Positions 41,461 through 56,497 of a stretch of DNA of 64,000 nt are shown here, piece after piece. Both the position numbers and the translations under genes were made by a program. How positions within the stretch are numbered: the stretch's first letter is position 1; each line of letters opens with the position of its first letter. Below the pieces are notes generated by a model. The model was not told the origin of the DNA and searched no databases. It was given only the letters and a program-made list of their open reading frames with translations. The stretch lies in assembly GCA_012295275.1 (NCBI GenBank), contig CM022674.1:9548001-9612000 (forward strand), given 5' to 3'. This DNA is from Chrysomallon squamiferum. Its lineage: Eukaryota > Animalia > Mollusca.

Positions 41461-42644
41461 GATACATATAAAAAAAAAAAAAATTCTGAGGCATGAAAGG
41501 AAAGTCTTGCTAAAGATACATCGATACTCATTAGCTGAATAAGTGGTCTAAGTATGCACATGGTGTATCGCCTAGAGTGTAAAAAACTTCAAAATCGCTA
41601 TACACTTCGGTTAACTATAAAGGTTATTTTACCCGAATTTTCCTGCTATAAAAGCTTTACAGTTAGTTATTGCCTAAAGCAAAATATAATGCACCGCGTG
41701 ACCGGAAGTGTCCAACAATTCAACCAAGTTAAATGAAAAATATCGTCTTTTAAAACAAGCACATGAAACTAAAAAAATAATAAAAATAAAAATAAAAATA
41801 AATAAATAACTAAATAATAATGAATAGAGATGCAAAAAAAAATAAAAAATAAAAACGAAGAGAAACTAAAATAAGCGCCAGACAAAACTATCTGTTTCAG
41901 GTTACCATGTCGTGCGCAGCTAGTTAAATAACAGTTTGTTCTTAAAATGTTTAAATAAGTAATAAGTTTATTTATGGAAAGTCAGAACCTCTTTATAAAG
42001 ATTTGTTTTAAAACAACTCAGTCGCACTCAGCATTTTTGAGTCAGACCACGCAACACCAAATTACATTTCTATGCAGCATCTTCTTGCTGCAATTAGGAA
42101 AATTTAATCCCGCTGTGATTCCATTAATAGATATTCTAAATGGAATATTTGATTGTATCGCATAAAGGGAGATCGATGAAGTGTCAGTCCTGATAACTGA
42201 TGGTCCCGTACCTCACCGTGTCATTGGGAGAAAAACTGTTAAAAGAAAATGGGCAAAAAATATTTGCTATAAGATCTTTAAACACTTCTTATCCTGATTT
42301 TACCGTTTTTTCACCGATTTGGAATATTAACGCCTAGAAAGGCTGACAGTCAAAACTGCTTTGCAAATTCTTGAGAATGTTAACTGCTTCTAGTGTTTGA
42401 AAGTCTTTCTGAGATGGAGTATGAACACTGATCTTTGTGCTCACTCTAATGATATAAGTGATCTTTCACTTCCAACTGGTCTTTTTTTTAGTATTTATTT
42501 AAGACTGTTATATATCAGTTAATTTTATTATTCTTCTTTCATAATTATACAGCCTTCTTACATAATTCAATAAATACAATATCTTAACTTAATTACAGGT
42601 AATTTAGGGTTAGATTTAATAAAAAAAAAAATTACTTCAGTCAG

Positions 42645-42748
42645 TTCTGTTATTTCAAGTTTTTTCTCTCTTGTTATTTCACGTCTTATCTATTCTATTA
42701 TTTCACGTTTTACCTCTCCTGTGATTTCAGGTTTTATCTATTCTATTG
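42645..42748. repeat. Degenerate minisatellite, about 23-24 bp unit, 4-5 copies
   Basis: Recurring (c)tgttatttca(a/c/g)gtttt(a)tct unit. Confidence 0.7.
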
Positions 42749-43464
42749 TTGTTGTTGTTGTTGTTATTATTATTATTATACATTTTTTTCTTGACTACGA
42801 TTAAATGTGAGAGCATTAGTGTGCTGTGAAGGCAGTAATTCAAATATTTCCATCGGATATATTCTGTCTTTGCACGAAATTAAGTAACATCATCGCTTCA
42901 GTTCCCAACCATAATTCAGTTATTAATTTGTTCTGACTTTGCATGTAGCGTTATTTTTCGACATACTTCATCTCTTACGTGTAATCTCCACTGAATAAGT
43001 TACTCGTTTTGCAGTAATGATACGTGAGCAGCATTCCACAGTGACTGATGTGCGGGATTACTTGTGAATGTGTGATGGCAAAGATAGCAAGTTATTAAAT
43101 CTGATCTTGTGTTCACTGATCTTGTTTGTCTCTCGCCTTGTTACTATCACCTGTTTTAGCTGACACATATACATATAGTTATAGATCTGCAAAAAAAATT
43201 AAAAAACATTTACTGTCATGTTATACAAATATGCATTATAATATATATTTGTGTTTGATTTATTTTGTGGCTGTAATCTGATTTATTTAAGTTTGTTTAT
43301 AATAAATGGATTGCATATACTTATGATTTATCTTTTTTGCTTTTTTTCACAAGTTTCTTTTTATTTTATAATCACATTAGCGTAAGGCATAAATAATTTT
43401 AAAAAGTCGTGTAATAAAAACAAACATTCTGCATTGACATGACCTTAATATGTTAAGCTATTTA

Positions 43465-43585
<121 letters not shown>

Positions 43586-44084
43586 TTCTCTTTCTCCACT
43601 GTGATGACAAAGGAAAGAGTCAAGAAAATGGTTTTTAATTATTTTACTTCGCGCCAAAAATATTGATAAAACACAGTAAAATGAACAATCTCTTCCATTG
43701 GCCATGTTTCTCATGTTTACAGACACTAAACGCAAATAGTTTCAAAACATTTGGTTGCAAAATCAAAAATTAACGTTGATTTATTGATTTACAATACATG
43801 TCTCTCCAATTAGAAGTTCGATTCTCACAGAGTTTGTACAAACTAGTTTTGTGTTAAATAAACACTCTGGTGTTAAATTCCTAACTATGAAGGTATCATC
43901 GAAGTATGTGTAACTACGTGTTACCAAGTAAATCTTTTCTCCACAATGTGTACAAACTGACTCGAGGCAGAACAGTTGTATAACTGAGTGATGCACTTGA
44001 AATTAATTGAATTACACAATGCGTTCTTCAGTACTTTTCACTGCAATGTGAAATTTAACTGATATAATTATACATTTTATTCAA

Positions 44085-44087
<3 letters not shown>

Positions 44088-44171
<84 letters not shown>
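44088..44171. repeat. (CT)n microsatellite
   Basis: Direct reading. Confidence 0.95.
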
Positions 44172-44173
<2 letters not shown>

Positions 44174-45446
44174 TTGTAACTTTGATTGTTTGATTGAATG
44201 ATGATTACTGTATATAAACAACAAACAATAGACATTTTTCAACATCAAGCGATATAATCTTTTCATTCACAGAGTCAGTTCTATATCAGTTCTTAACATT
44301 GTTTCAAAAATTATAGGAACCTTAATATAAAAAATAAAAAATACAGTGAGATCTTTTTTAGGTTTGATACACAGAAAGTCAACTATAAGTAAATAGATAG
44401 TTCTGTTTTGTTTGGACTCTGTCACTACAAGCCCAATCTCGCTTTTGTTCTTAGGAGAACAATTTTGCTACGATTTCTTTCCTGATAATATTTGTAAATT
44501 TTCAAACTTCGAGTAAATAAAACTGAATATTTTTTTTCATCTTTATTATTAGCGATATTATGTAGTTCTGAACATTAAAATAATAATTCTGAAATATAAA
44601 TAGTTTACTTTGGCCATTTATTCATTACTATAAAGGTACATTGTATACAAATAATTTCACTGATTGCACTGAAAACGTTTAACGTATAATCAGCATAGAG
44701 TTCCAGAGGTACATATAATAACAAATAGCAACAAACTTTCATTTTATCGTTTCAAGTTATATGTTCTTGTTATATCCTCAAATTATGACTTTTTTCAAAC
44801 TTGTATTGTACAATTACAATATATATATATATAAATAATTTAAAAAAACCAAACACAATATAAATATAAAATCAAATAAATATGGCAAAACAAATCTGTT
44901 TATTATCCCAAACACAAATTATAGGGAAAACATATTTTTCTTTTGTTTTCATTTTTTTTTTTTTTGTTATTGTTGTTGTTTTTTTGTTTTGTGTTTTTTT
45001 AGCCGACTTCGATCCATTTTGGAAAATAAAATAAAATATAATAAAATAAATAAATAAATAAATAAATAAAACGTTTTAATACCTGCAATAGAATGCTTTC
45101 TAAATTACAGCAACTGAATAAACAAAAATAAAGAAAGAAAAGAAAAAGAATTAAAAGAAAATTAAAATAAAATAAAATAAATAACTAAAGAAAGAAAGAA
45201 AAAGAAAGAAAGAAACTAAAATGAAGTAAAATAAAATATTTCCAACTGAATGATTATAAGATATATGTTTATAAAACTGTATAATCGATGTTGTAGGGCT
45301 GGGATAGAAACATAAAAAACTGAGTACAGGTTTAATAAAGCCTGTTTCCTCTTTTTTCTGTCGAAACATATCTCAAACTATTCCATTTTATCCTTCATGA
45401 AATTTTTCTGTGAATTAACTGACAGTCAGAAATGAACAATTTCTAG

Positions 45447-46652
45447 TTATTTACATCTTTTGATCAACTGTTTCAAATCATCGCGAAACGCTCTGTTCAT
45501 GAAAGCGTATATGAATGGGTTGGCCACGTTGTTAAGAAAGTAAATATTGAACAATATTAAATTGAACGGTATCATCTGTAAGCCAATCAGCCACGAAGGC
45601 AGAAATGAAACAATGAAAACGATTGTGACTACAAACAACATTCCTGCTGTTTTTATGTTGGCATAAAGCGTTTTCTCTCTAATTGCCGTCTGTCTGCTGG
45701 ACGACGACTTCTTTGGCAGCGCTGACTTTTCCTTTTCAGAAGATCCATTTCCGTTTACTGCTGTCATCTGAGTCTCCTCCAAGATCGTCTGTTCAGCGCC
45801 GTTGACGCTGGTGTAGCAGCTCATTCGTTTGCGCCTAGAACGCCAACGACGACGCAGCAAAATTGATCGGTAAATAAGCGCATATAGAACAAGAACGATA
45901 ATGAACGAAATTAGAAAAAGGGCAGCATAAACTTTCTGATAGGTTTTCGTAAATTCCGTGCTTAGAATCAATGAGTTAGGTTTGCATACATCACCATATA
46001 CTAAAATTGTTTTATAGTGGATTTCCGTGCCATTATTATAATCAGATTCGTTCAGATATGTTTCATTGTAGTAATCCCAAATACCGACTTGTTTAGAAGA
46101 GTTGTTGCTTTTTAAAAGGAGCGCACTGAAATTTCGTTCCAGTGGAACTGACTCAAGTTCATGCACTCCAAAATTTAAAGCAGTTATTACTCCTAGCACG
46201 AATGATAAGACAATAAGACACATGACGCTTATTTTTGCACGTTCCACAGTCAGCGCTCGAAGAAACGGGTGACAGATGCAAAAGTATCTATCGAATGCAA
46301 TGGCAACCATGATAAATGCAGACAGTGGGACATTAGACGTTATGCAAAACAAGTATATTTTACAAACACTGTCGTACACGAATTCATAGCTTAGTAGTTC
46401 CGCGGCGATTGTGTACGGTACGACAACGAGGCACACTAAGAAATCTGTGATAGCAAGTGCAAGGATAAACACATTGGAGGTGGTTTTATCTCGTTTTTTG
46501 TAGTAAATGTAGAACGCCAGAGCGTTACCCACGATGCCCGAGAAAGAAAACAACGACAGCATCGTGATTACGACAATCATCTGCACTTCTCCTAGCTGTG
46601 GTTCTGCAAAGTCCGGTGTCTTAGTCACGTTTGAAGTTAACATAGCGGTCAT
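45447..46652 (-). CDS. Orphan class A (rhodopsin-like) GPCR, peptide-receptor-like; single coding exon, 401 aa
   Basis: Seven hydrophobic segments with GN (TM1), LAITD (TM2), C at top of TM3, AFDRYFCICHP (DRY), FIVSFLP (TM6) and NPFIY (TM7). A polypyrimidine+CAG acceptor at 46657-46656 lies 3 nt before ATG 46652, so the ORF-track start at 46676 is probably intronic. Confidence 0.95.
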   Translation of the reverse strand: MTAMLTSNVTKTPDFAEPQLGEVQMIVVITMLSLFSFSGIVGNALAFYIYYKKRDKTTSNVFILALAITDFLVCLVVVPYTIAAELLSYEFVYDSVCKIYLFCITSNVPLSAFIMVAIAFDRYFCICHPFLRALTVERAKISVMCLIVLSFVLGVITALNFGVHELESVPLERNFSALLLKSNNSSKQVGIWDYYNETYLNESDYNNGTEIHYKTILVYGDVCKPNSLILSTEFTKTYQKVYAALFLISFIIVLVLYALIYRSILLRRRWRSRRKRMSCYTSVNGAEQTILEETQMTAVNGNGSSEKEKSALPKKSSSSRQTAIREKTLYANIKTAGMLFVVTIVFIVSFLPSWLIGLQMIPFNLILFNIYFLNNVANPFIYAFMNRAFRDDLKQLIKRCK

Positions 46653-46786
46653 TTTCTGAAGAAGAAAAAGAAACATGGCTTAAACATAATATTTAAAAAC
46701 ATCAAATTAATTTTTATATTCACAATCATTTGTTTGTTTGTTTGTTTGTATGGTTGTTTTCCTTAACTTAGCTTTGTCAATGTGTA

Positions 46787-46849
<63 letters not shown>

Positions 46850-49036
46850 AAATGTATGTATCTATTTGTGGGTGTGTCTGTATGGGTGTGTCACTATATG
46901 TGTGTATGTATGTATATATGTATGTACGCGTGTGGTTTGATACATGTTTACTGTTAAATTACAGATGAAGAAGGAATAACTAAATTTGGAATTTATTTAA
47001 AAAATTATTAACAAGAACTGGAAAATAGCCAACACACACACACACACAAAAAAAATAAATAAATAAATAAAATAAAATAATACAATAACAAAAAACACAA
47101 CAAATATAACAACAAGAACAAAAATAATAATAATAAATAATAAATAAATTTAAAAAATATATTACAAATGGTGGCGTAAAAACAAAAATGTAATATAAAT
47201 AAATAAACAGCTGAAGAAAAAAAAAAGAAAAAAGAAAATAAACCTTATTTTATTAATGTCTATCCTTTCTTTCATTTTATTATTATTAGGTTAACTTTTT
47301 ATAATGGCCAAGATCACTCACAAACTGAAATTCACCTTCTGTGAATAAATGTACGCAATAATTCAAGATGAAGAGCATCTCGACAAGTAAATGATAGGAG
47401 AATGGAGATGTTATGTTCTGTTGACTGAACCAATTCCACAGAGTTTTAGATTTTGTGTGAGGCGGGCTGCCGTCTTAATAACCCTAATGTGGAGTGTGTT
47501 TCCACAAATACAAAACTGTTACCTATCAATCAAAGAGACAACTGGTTGCGTATCGAGCTATGTTAGTTTTTAATTAATACTAGTTACAAGACAGGCAACA
47601 GTCTAATACTTTAAAGAATATTCACAGCAAATTACCACTGATAACTATTAATTTAACAATTAACTACTTGCGTATTCTAATTGTTTTCTGGAATAGTTAC
47701 TTCAAATAATAACAACAACAATAATAACAATATCACTACTACTACTACTACTAATAATAATAATAGTAATAATAGTAATAATAATTTCAGATGTTGATTA
47801 AACTGTCATAAAAGTTTTCTAAGTTAATTACTCTTACCTGTGGAATAACAGAGAAAACATTAATAATAAAAATAAATAGAGTGCCTCGAAATCTTAAAAA
47901 TAATTTGAAATTAAGACGAGGGATACAATAACTGATATTTGTGTGAATAATATATCTTTTTTAATATGGAAAAACACAATAAAGAAAATGGGAGAAAAGA
48001 AAATTAATTATGTCTACAAAAATTTACAAATATTCATAAAGTGTTATTTAAGATGATCTGAGAGCAAGACCCGCTGTTACGTCTGAATTCCAGTATATGT
48101 TTTTGCTATTAATACAGTTATGGATAAAATGAAAAGTAAGCTGTATACACCTGTAGCCTAGGACTACAGGTGTTTGGATGTTCTTCAAATGTTCTTCACA
48201 TATCTGTTCGATACCATTGAGCAGAAATAATATAAGTTTGAATTTTTCTCCATCTATTCTTCTATAGTCAGTAGTCCATCTCTTTCTTTCTTTCATTTCT
48301 TTCAAATACATGAACATTGATAGGTACAATCCACATAAACTTTTTCAAATAATCATTTAATCTGTGACAGAATTAATAGAGAAACTGACCAATGATAGAC
48401 TAAATGGAGCTGCAGTGAGAGAAATTTTAAACAGAAAGTATTTCGGTATAAACAAATCATTTTTTCTTATTAATAAAGTGTTAGGATAAGACTGCGTCAC
48501 TGTTTTAGTGATTAGACATAAATGGCAATAAACAGTTTATCAGCAATTATAATAATATAAATCGGATGCAAATACATTGCAGATCGAATAGAAATGTTGA
48601 TTTTTTTAAAACAGCAACTGTAAAAATTATAGAGTAAAGCTGAAAATAAATGTTTATAAATATTAAAGCAATTTGTTTATTTCAGTATCGCGCTTATTGT
48701 GACATGTAATTCAGGTGGCATAACTGTACATACGATTAGAACGGCACGTGTAGTCCTAGGCTACAGCTTACTAGTCATTTCTTGGCCACAACTCTTACTG
48801 GAAATGAGGATAAAACTATGGATTTGTAAAATCAGTGCCATCCAAAGCAAAACTGTTGTAGTGATTCAGTATCACAACTCAAGATTCTATATCGTAAATG
48901 AAGATTCTAACACATTCTAGTCTAAATAATCAGTCCAGATCCATTCACAACATTTCAGTCAGAGTGCTGCTGTCTTATGGCGTAAAAAGTTCTGGACAAA
49001 CTGGATTTTTAAAAATTATGTAAATCAAGATGATTA

Positions 49037-49145
<109 letters not shown>

Positions 49146-49438
49146 TAGAACAATTATATTATTTTTATTATTATGACTTTACCATCTGAACAACCAAACA
49201 GTTTACAATTAACTGCAAGATCCATTTCGACTATTTCTAAAGTAGAACATTATAATGAGTTTCAAACAATATTCTATCGGCAAAAATATTTTAATTATCG
49301 TATTATTATATAACAGAAATCTTTAATAAGTATGTAAAATAAAATAATCCTAAAGTGATTATACCTGTAATTTCAATCAACATTTTTAAAATTTTTTTTT
49401 TTTTTTGGTTTCTTTAGCTTACTCTAAATTCTGCAAAA

Positions 49439-49440
<2 letters not shown>

Positions 49441-49509
<69 letters not shown>

Positions 49510-49530
49510 TAATTAATTAATTAATTAATA
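49441..49530. repeat. (AAT)n + (TTAA)n microsatellite
   Basis: Direct reading. Confidence 0.9.
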
Positions 49531-50271
49531 AAATCCAACATAAAACAAAACTGCTACATTGTTTCTCTTTGATATTACTTACTACAAAGGCATAATTATA
49601 TAAGCAGTTTACACTGCTATACTGGACTCAGCAAATTAATTTTCAGAAAAAAAAGAAAAACATTAAATTAAAACTAAATTTATAAATTAACTTAAATGAT
49701 TAATAAAAGCCAACAGGAACTTCTAGAAGAAATACAGAAAATACTTCTTTTAAGAATTGAGTTTTTTATCGTGTGTGTGTGTATATATATATATATGAAT
49801 ACACACACACACAAACACACACACATCTATATAAATATATATATATACACGCACACATAATACACGTGTGTGTGTGTGTGTGTATGATTTTCGAAATTAT
49901 TTATTTATTTATTTATTTTGATTATGATAAAATTTAAAACAAAATTTAAAAAATGATTCTTACCCGTTTTTTTCGAATTCCTATGCTCTTACGAATAAAA
50001 TCACAAATAGTATTCTAAAACAAAAACGTTTTTCACATAAAGTTATCTTCCCAAGTGTTTTCCATTTATACATACACTGCTCGAGACAATGAAAATTAAT
50101 AACAAAAAGTATTTTGTTCTTGTAAGGTATCGATCAGATACCGTGGTGTTCGGTTTGATAAACACTTCATTAATTCACAGCTCTAGCTTATCACTGCGCG
50201 CCAATCTGCTAGTTGTTCTGTCCAAGTGCCCAGATTGAGTCTGCTTTCCTTTCCACACCGAGCGACCAACT

Positions 50272-50279
50272 TGACGTCA
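50272..50279. promoter_or_regulatory. Full palindromic CRE (TGACGTCA) in the putative GPCR promoter
   Basis: Exact TGACGTCA in a CpG-richer patch. It lies upstream (minus strand) of a candidate non-coding first exon ending at a GG|GTAAGA donor at 49964 and next to a long (CT/GA)n tract. Confidence 0.4.
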
Positions 50280-50343
50280 GTGTACATCTACATCGACAGA
50301 TGCAGGGTTCTCGCAGTTGTTTTCTCTACTTGTGAAGTTCATG

Positions 50344-50346
<3 letters not shown>

Positions 50347-50428
<82 letters not shown>
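50347..50428. repeat. (CT)n microsatellite
   Basis: Direct reading. Confidence 0.95.
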
Positions 50429-50432
<4 letters not shown>

Positions 50433-52003
50433 GTCTGTACATGCACAGACTGATATTTTTTCTTTTCCAAGTTGATAGTAATGTCATTATTATTACTTGT
50501 CATACATCTGCTAATTAAACATTACAACGACCTACTTGCTAATCATCAAGGCTTATTAACACTAAACAACTTAAAATGGAATAAGCAGATCTGATTCTTA
50601 TAATTTTGCTGCAACCCGTATTTTCTTCAAAACAGATACAAAATTTGATTTAAAAGAAAGAATAAACATTTGAAGAAAATAAGCAAATCAGTTTGTACTG
50701 AAAGAAACTGTAATTAATTAATTTTTATCCATGAAATTAAAACCAAATATATTAAATTATTATAATGATATTTTAAATACTGTCTCAAATAGAACACATG
50801 TATTTAATTGGATCTGAGATTTGTTGATTATTTGAATTGAATTATTAATAGGAGACACCTTTTAAAAAAATTAAATCGTTGTTATTCTAAATAATTTGCT
50901 TTCTAGACTTGAATTATGCTTTTCTAATTTTTACAATTTATTTCTACCTATTTGGTGCATTGCAAAAGAACAGAGATTATATTATTTGTGATAATAGTTA
51001 CTGTCTCTTAAGGTTTTTCAGTGTTTTCGAATTCCTCTCTGCAATAACATTTACCCTATAAAGAACAGCATCATCTATCTAATTATTACATTTCCTATAG
51101 AAGAAAACCAATTGTCTAATCTCAGATCTCTTTACTGGGAGATGACACGCTATTCAGTCTTTTAAAAATTAGTTTTAAAACGTGAACAAGTTCTGCAGAC
51201 TATAAACGGTCTGCTCTCTATTTACTAACATAATTATCTGAGTCTTTTCCTTCCCCTGAGCTAGTCGACACGTACATTTAGGAATAATGTTAGCACGTAA
51301 ACCTTGTTTGGTTCTGACTAGCAAATGTAAACAGCAACATGGGAAAACCGTGCCTCAAAGCTGTAGCTAACAATTAACTATTGTATTATTCAATACAAAA
51401 TTGAGCATCACAAATAATCAAATTCACTGAAAATCAGTTACGATACCAGCAAAATTAGAATTTCAAACATCTGCGTAAATCGGCAGATATCTACAAGGAG
51501 TTCTGCGTCTCGCAGCACATTAGGACTGTAGCACATTTTGATTTAATGGAAGGAAGAAACAACAAAATTTCAGAAGAACCTTATTTCACGACATAGTTAA
51601 TCATCTAAAGTCCAGGATTACGATAATCATTAACCAGCAACCGAATGATCATTGCAAGTGTGGACATAGGACAACTTTATAAATATTTAAAAACAAAGCA
51701 GTTTTCTCTTTCGATTATGAAATTTATCTAGCATGCATTGGTATTGAAATATAAATAGAACAATAAATGTTCACTCTTATTTTTTTCTTGAAATTGTAAT
51801 TTTGTAACAGTCTATTTCTAACTCATAATTTCTCATTTATCTGCTTGGAACATATTGGTGTTTGCTCTGAACGACATTCAGATGGAAATGAAATGTCTTA
51901 TTTTATTTAGAAAAAAAAAAAGAAAAAAGCTTGCTTTAAACGGAAATTGGATATTTGAAAATAAATAATATGTATTTTCTTTCTTTATTTTTATTATAAA
52001 AAC

Positions 52004-52038
<35 letters not shown>

Positions 52039-53037
52039 ATACAAAAATCAAATCAAATAAAAGTAAATAAATAAATAAAGCTAGTTTATCAGATCGTAGT
52101 GGCTTTCATTTTATTTCATACTGAGTCATTAACAAGAACAAAATGTTGAAGTCGGATATTACTATGTTTGATAAGATTGCATTCTTCTGCCAGACATTGG
52201 TAAATTTGACTGTCGATTGATTTGTCCACTCATTTTCTCTAACATGTTTTTTACATAATTATATACAGAACTTTATAACATAATAGATGAACAACAAAAG
52301 AGCTCGGAAACAGCTCATTAATTCACTGAGTTTGATCACAACTGAATTTGTTCAGATTTTCAGTCAGCTGCATCTACTGACGTTTTCTGCAGCCAGCACC
52401 TCTGTCTTAATTCTTATGTACACTTTGTGTTTTTAATATTGTCCACTTTATTATGATTATTATTAAAGATTTAGAAAACTAAGTGAAAATCTGAATTCAT
52501 TTCAGTTCTTATATCATGAATATACGTATACAAGTTCGCTAAACATATAATCAACATATCTTAGTTTAGCTAGAATGAGGTAATTCTGGTTTTCATATTT
52601 GTTAGTGGAAATAGCTGTATTACAGACACAAAAAGATATCTCGAATAAGTTCAATAAAGACGACAACTATTTTAATCACAGCGATGCTTTGACAATTAGA
52701 AGACACTTATGAACATAGTTAACAATTTATTGGACGCTCTATACTTTTGGTTTCGCTGTGAGAATTTATTAGTGAAAAGTAGGACCTGTTGTCTGTGATC
52801 ATTAGACATCTCCAAAAACCACTTCAGTACTGGTAATCGGAAAAGTGCCCATTGCATCAGTCTTATGTTGTCAGTGGGAATAGAACTATAATTAAAAAGG
52901 ACAAAGCTATTGTGTGTGAATCTTTTTTATAGTGCTTTCGTTATGTAGGGCAGATTACATCGGATATTTATAGCAGATTATAAAGAGTCGGCTTAGTCAT
53001 TAATCAGACAAATGTGCAGCATGCATTCAGTTCAGTA

Positions 53038-53077
<40 letters not shown>

Positions 53078-54873
53078 GAGACACAAAATTGATATACTTT
53101 CCTTTTTTAAATTTTCCTGAAGATATCCAAAGGCATTCGGTGAAAAAGAATCTCAAAACTGAGAGATAAGTTGACCCGTTTTTGTACAGATACAGGAAGT
53201 GAAAACAAGTGATGAAAGCAGAAGTGCTACTGTTCACATCTCTAATGTTCTCTCTGAAGCAATAATGACTAGTAGAGGAAATGAATAACAAAACTAAATA
53301 AAACAAAAAATAAATTTAAAAAAAACACTCAAGTAAAATGTGATGAAAAAAGAAAGAAATTAAACTAGACCTGCATGAGTCATCGCGCACACGAAGTACA
53401 AAGAAGCGACTGTAGTAATACTGCTGTAAGAGCAATTTTGTGGAAGTGGACAGATAGTTATGATCATGAGCCATGATTAAGCCTCCATTTTAGGGTATGG
53501 TAATAAGTATGCAGGGTAACTGACCAATACACCAAACGGTTATGATCCACTGAAAACCAAAATAATTTACCAGATCTGCATATTTATCATTTATTTTAAA
53601 ATTCAGGTGAGAGGCATGTTTTATTTATCTCATGTTATACTTTTACATTATATATTATATATTCTATATTATACATTTAAAAAGCAGTCTGTCTGAAAAA
53701 GGATTTGGGTGTTAGTGCACACATCTTACAGTGTTTGTTACCGATATTAGTTTGTCAAATTGAGAAAAAAATTCTAGTTTTATTCATTTTTTTTAATTTT
53801 TTTTTTTTTTTTATTTTTTTTTATTTTTTTTAGAAAGAGCTATAATAAGATAATGAATTAATAATAATAATAATAATAATAATTAAATAAGTATGACAAA
53901 ATCGTTTACTTACCAACTACGCCCTTTTAAAAATTATCTTAACCTGCTCTTAATATATGCAAAAACGGTAACACACAAAATGTGCTTACTGTTTCAGCAT
54001 ACGAGATTTTAATCTGCAGGTGGAATATCAAATTGTTTAGTAATGTAAACTACAGCATTGAAAGTAATTACACCCAGCTAATAACACAAATAAGCATGAA
54101 TTCACCTGCTGATATTTGTTCTGCTGTGTTTACCTAAGAAAACAAAATTGAGGTTATCAGCTTTGGATCCTGTAAGTTGATAATCGTAATCGATTTACAG
54201 ATTGTTACAGAAAATCTGTTATAACGGACTATTGTTATCGTGTCATATGAAAATATAAAATATTAAAAATTAAAAGAGAATTCATGATAAGAAGAAGAAG
54301 AAGAAGAAGAAGAAGAAAAACAAGAATTATAACAACAACAAAAAAATAATAATAATAAAAACTTAAAAGAAAAAAAATTCGGATATTTAAATTGATCTAA
54401 CTATCAAGTAATTTTATTAATGTTATCCACATTTTTCAACTTAGCCTTATTTGAAATGTTTGGAGCGGGATTTTTTTTGTTTTGTATTTCTGTCATTGTT
54501 GTTTTTGCTTTGGATTTTTTCTGACATTTTACTATTAGCTGTATGTTTTGCCTATCAAGCAATAATGTATTTTCGCATTTTCTTTCTTTAAACGGTTTTA
54601 ATATTATTATTTGTTTCATTTTTTGATATGTCAGTTCATTTTTTTGATATGTCAGTTCTATTCAGGAATAATTATTTCGCATAGACCTTCTTATATCTTG
54701 ATTTATTTATATCTTTTTCTGTTTCATTGTCTTTTAGTGAACTTTATTACTATCTATACCAGATTAGGTGATTTTCTATCAGGTGTTTATGATTTAATCT
54801 CTGTTTTCACAGGTTTTTTTTATCCTTATAGACATTTCTGGCGAATACATTTTCTTGTGTATGACGGCGACCA

Positions 54874-54922
<49 letters not shown>

Positions 54923-56497
54923 TAACTGTTTTAGAGTTGTTATCTCATTTAATAGAATAAAAAAAAAATGACTCTTTATTTTCTTGTTTTTCATCAAAAG
55001 AAAAACATTCAAATGAAAATTTCAGTAGATTTACAATATTGTACTCTTATTTTTCCTTCCTTGTATTATTTTTACTCTCTTCCGCTGCTAACTCTAATTA
55101 CCACGATAGAAGTGTAGTGAAAACAAAGCGGCTTTATACAACAAAGTAATTCGATTCTCATCTAGACCTTGTCTGAGTTTCCCAAGTGCCATTCGCAGCC
55201 TCTAACTAGATACGTCAAATGAATGTTCGTGACAGATCGTCCTTTTAAATATCCTTACACTTTTTATTTTTTTACATCCACAACAAGACAGTCCTTTGAA
55301 GACGTATGAAGATTTCACAGAATATATAGTACAGTTCCTTAACTATTACTCGTTTTAGACATTCTCTGTGAAAAGAAAGGACACTATTTATAATTGGAAT
55401 ATAATTTCAAAATTCAAGCTTTTGGAAAAGTAGTAATTCGGTGTCAAAAAATGCCAAAGGTAAAATAGCCAGACGAATGTGGAGAAATTTTAATTATGAT
55501 AAATACTTTCAGTTAATCCTACGTCTCAAAGTAACATACGACTGATAAACAGAAATAACGCAAGATGGGAAAACAAATTAATAATACGAGAAGTGGATCT
55601 TCTCAAACCTAGTGTTTCACCTTCAGATGAGATGAGAAAATACAGATCTAAAAAAGTTTCTTCAGTTTTATAAACAGCAATCGATCCAATTAAATTAAAC
55701 CAATTCTGTTAATAAAATCTGATGGTTATTAGCGATTACTTTTTCTCTCGAGTTATTTCAATAAAACAGTTTCAAGTACTTCCTTAGGTTCGAACAAATT
55801 AACCCGTGGAATCTATCAAATACAGACACCACGAAGCTTTAGAATTGTAATTCACAAGAGCAGAGCAAATTTTTATGTATTGCAAGAGGAAATTAAAGTG
55901 ATTAAAGTGATTAGGGTGAAGTAGACTCTGAAATGACTATTTGACGTGGTAAAAGCCGTGATTTCCGGCTGGTTTATATGAAAATACTAACATGCTTATT
56001 TTTAGTTCAAATCCTGCTTCCCAAGTTAACTGGGTAAATCTTTTTCAGTTCCTAAAAAACAACATACAACTCGTTGTAAACTAGCTGGTATTTTCGAATT
56101 AGGGCCATTTCTTCGTGTTTTGCTTCTTACTTTTTTTTGTATATTTAATAATAATTATTGTTAAACTGATAATTAAAGTTAAGAAACGTAGAGCTAAATA
56201 AGATTTTTTTTTTTTTAAATTACTAAAAAGGCCACGTTCTTTAATCGAAGAAAAACACACACACACACACACACACTCACACTTAATGAAGAAAATATGT
56301 TTTAGATAATAACAAGAATAATTATAAATAAATAAGGTAAACGAATAAAATAAAATTATGTAAGAATAAGCTAATCAGTTTAAGAATGTATATAAACAAA
56401 ATAAAATACGTGTTACTATCTGAACTAAGTATCGTATACAAACTAAAGGAAAAATAATAACTAGAATACCATAACTGCCGAGTTTAATAATAATAAT

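Noticed and set aside
46653-46676. ORF-track N-terminal extension MFLFLLQK of the GPCR
   Set aside because: It overlaps a polypyrimidine tract and CAG acceptor, so it is most likely intron.
54615-54655. 20/21-bp tandem duplication ttcattttttgatatgtcag
   Set aside because: Simple local slippage duplication with no evidence of function.
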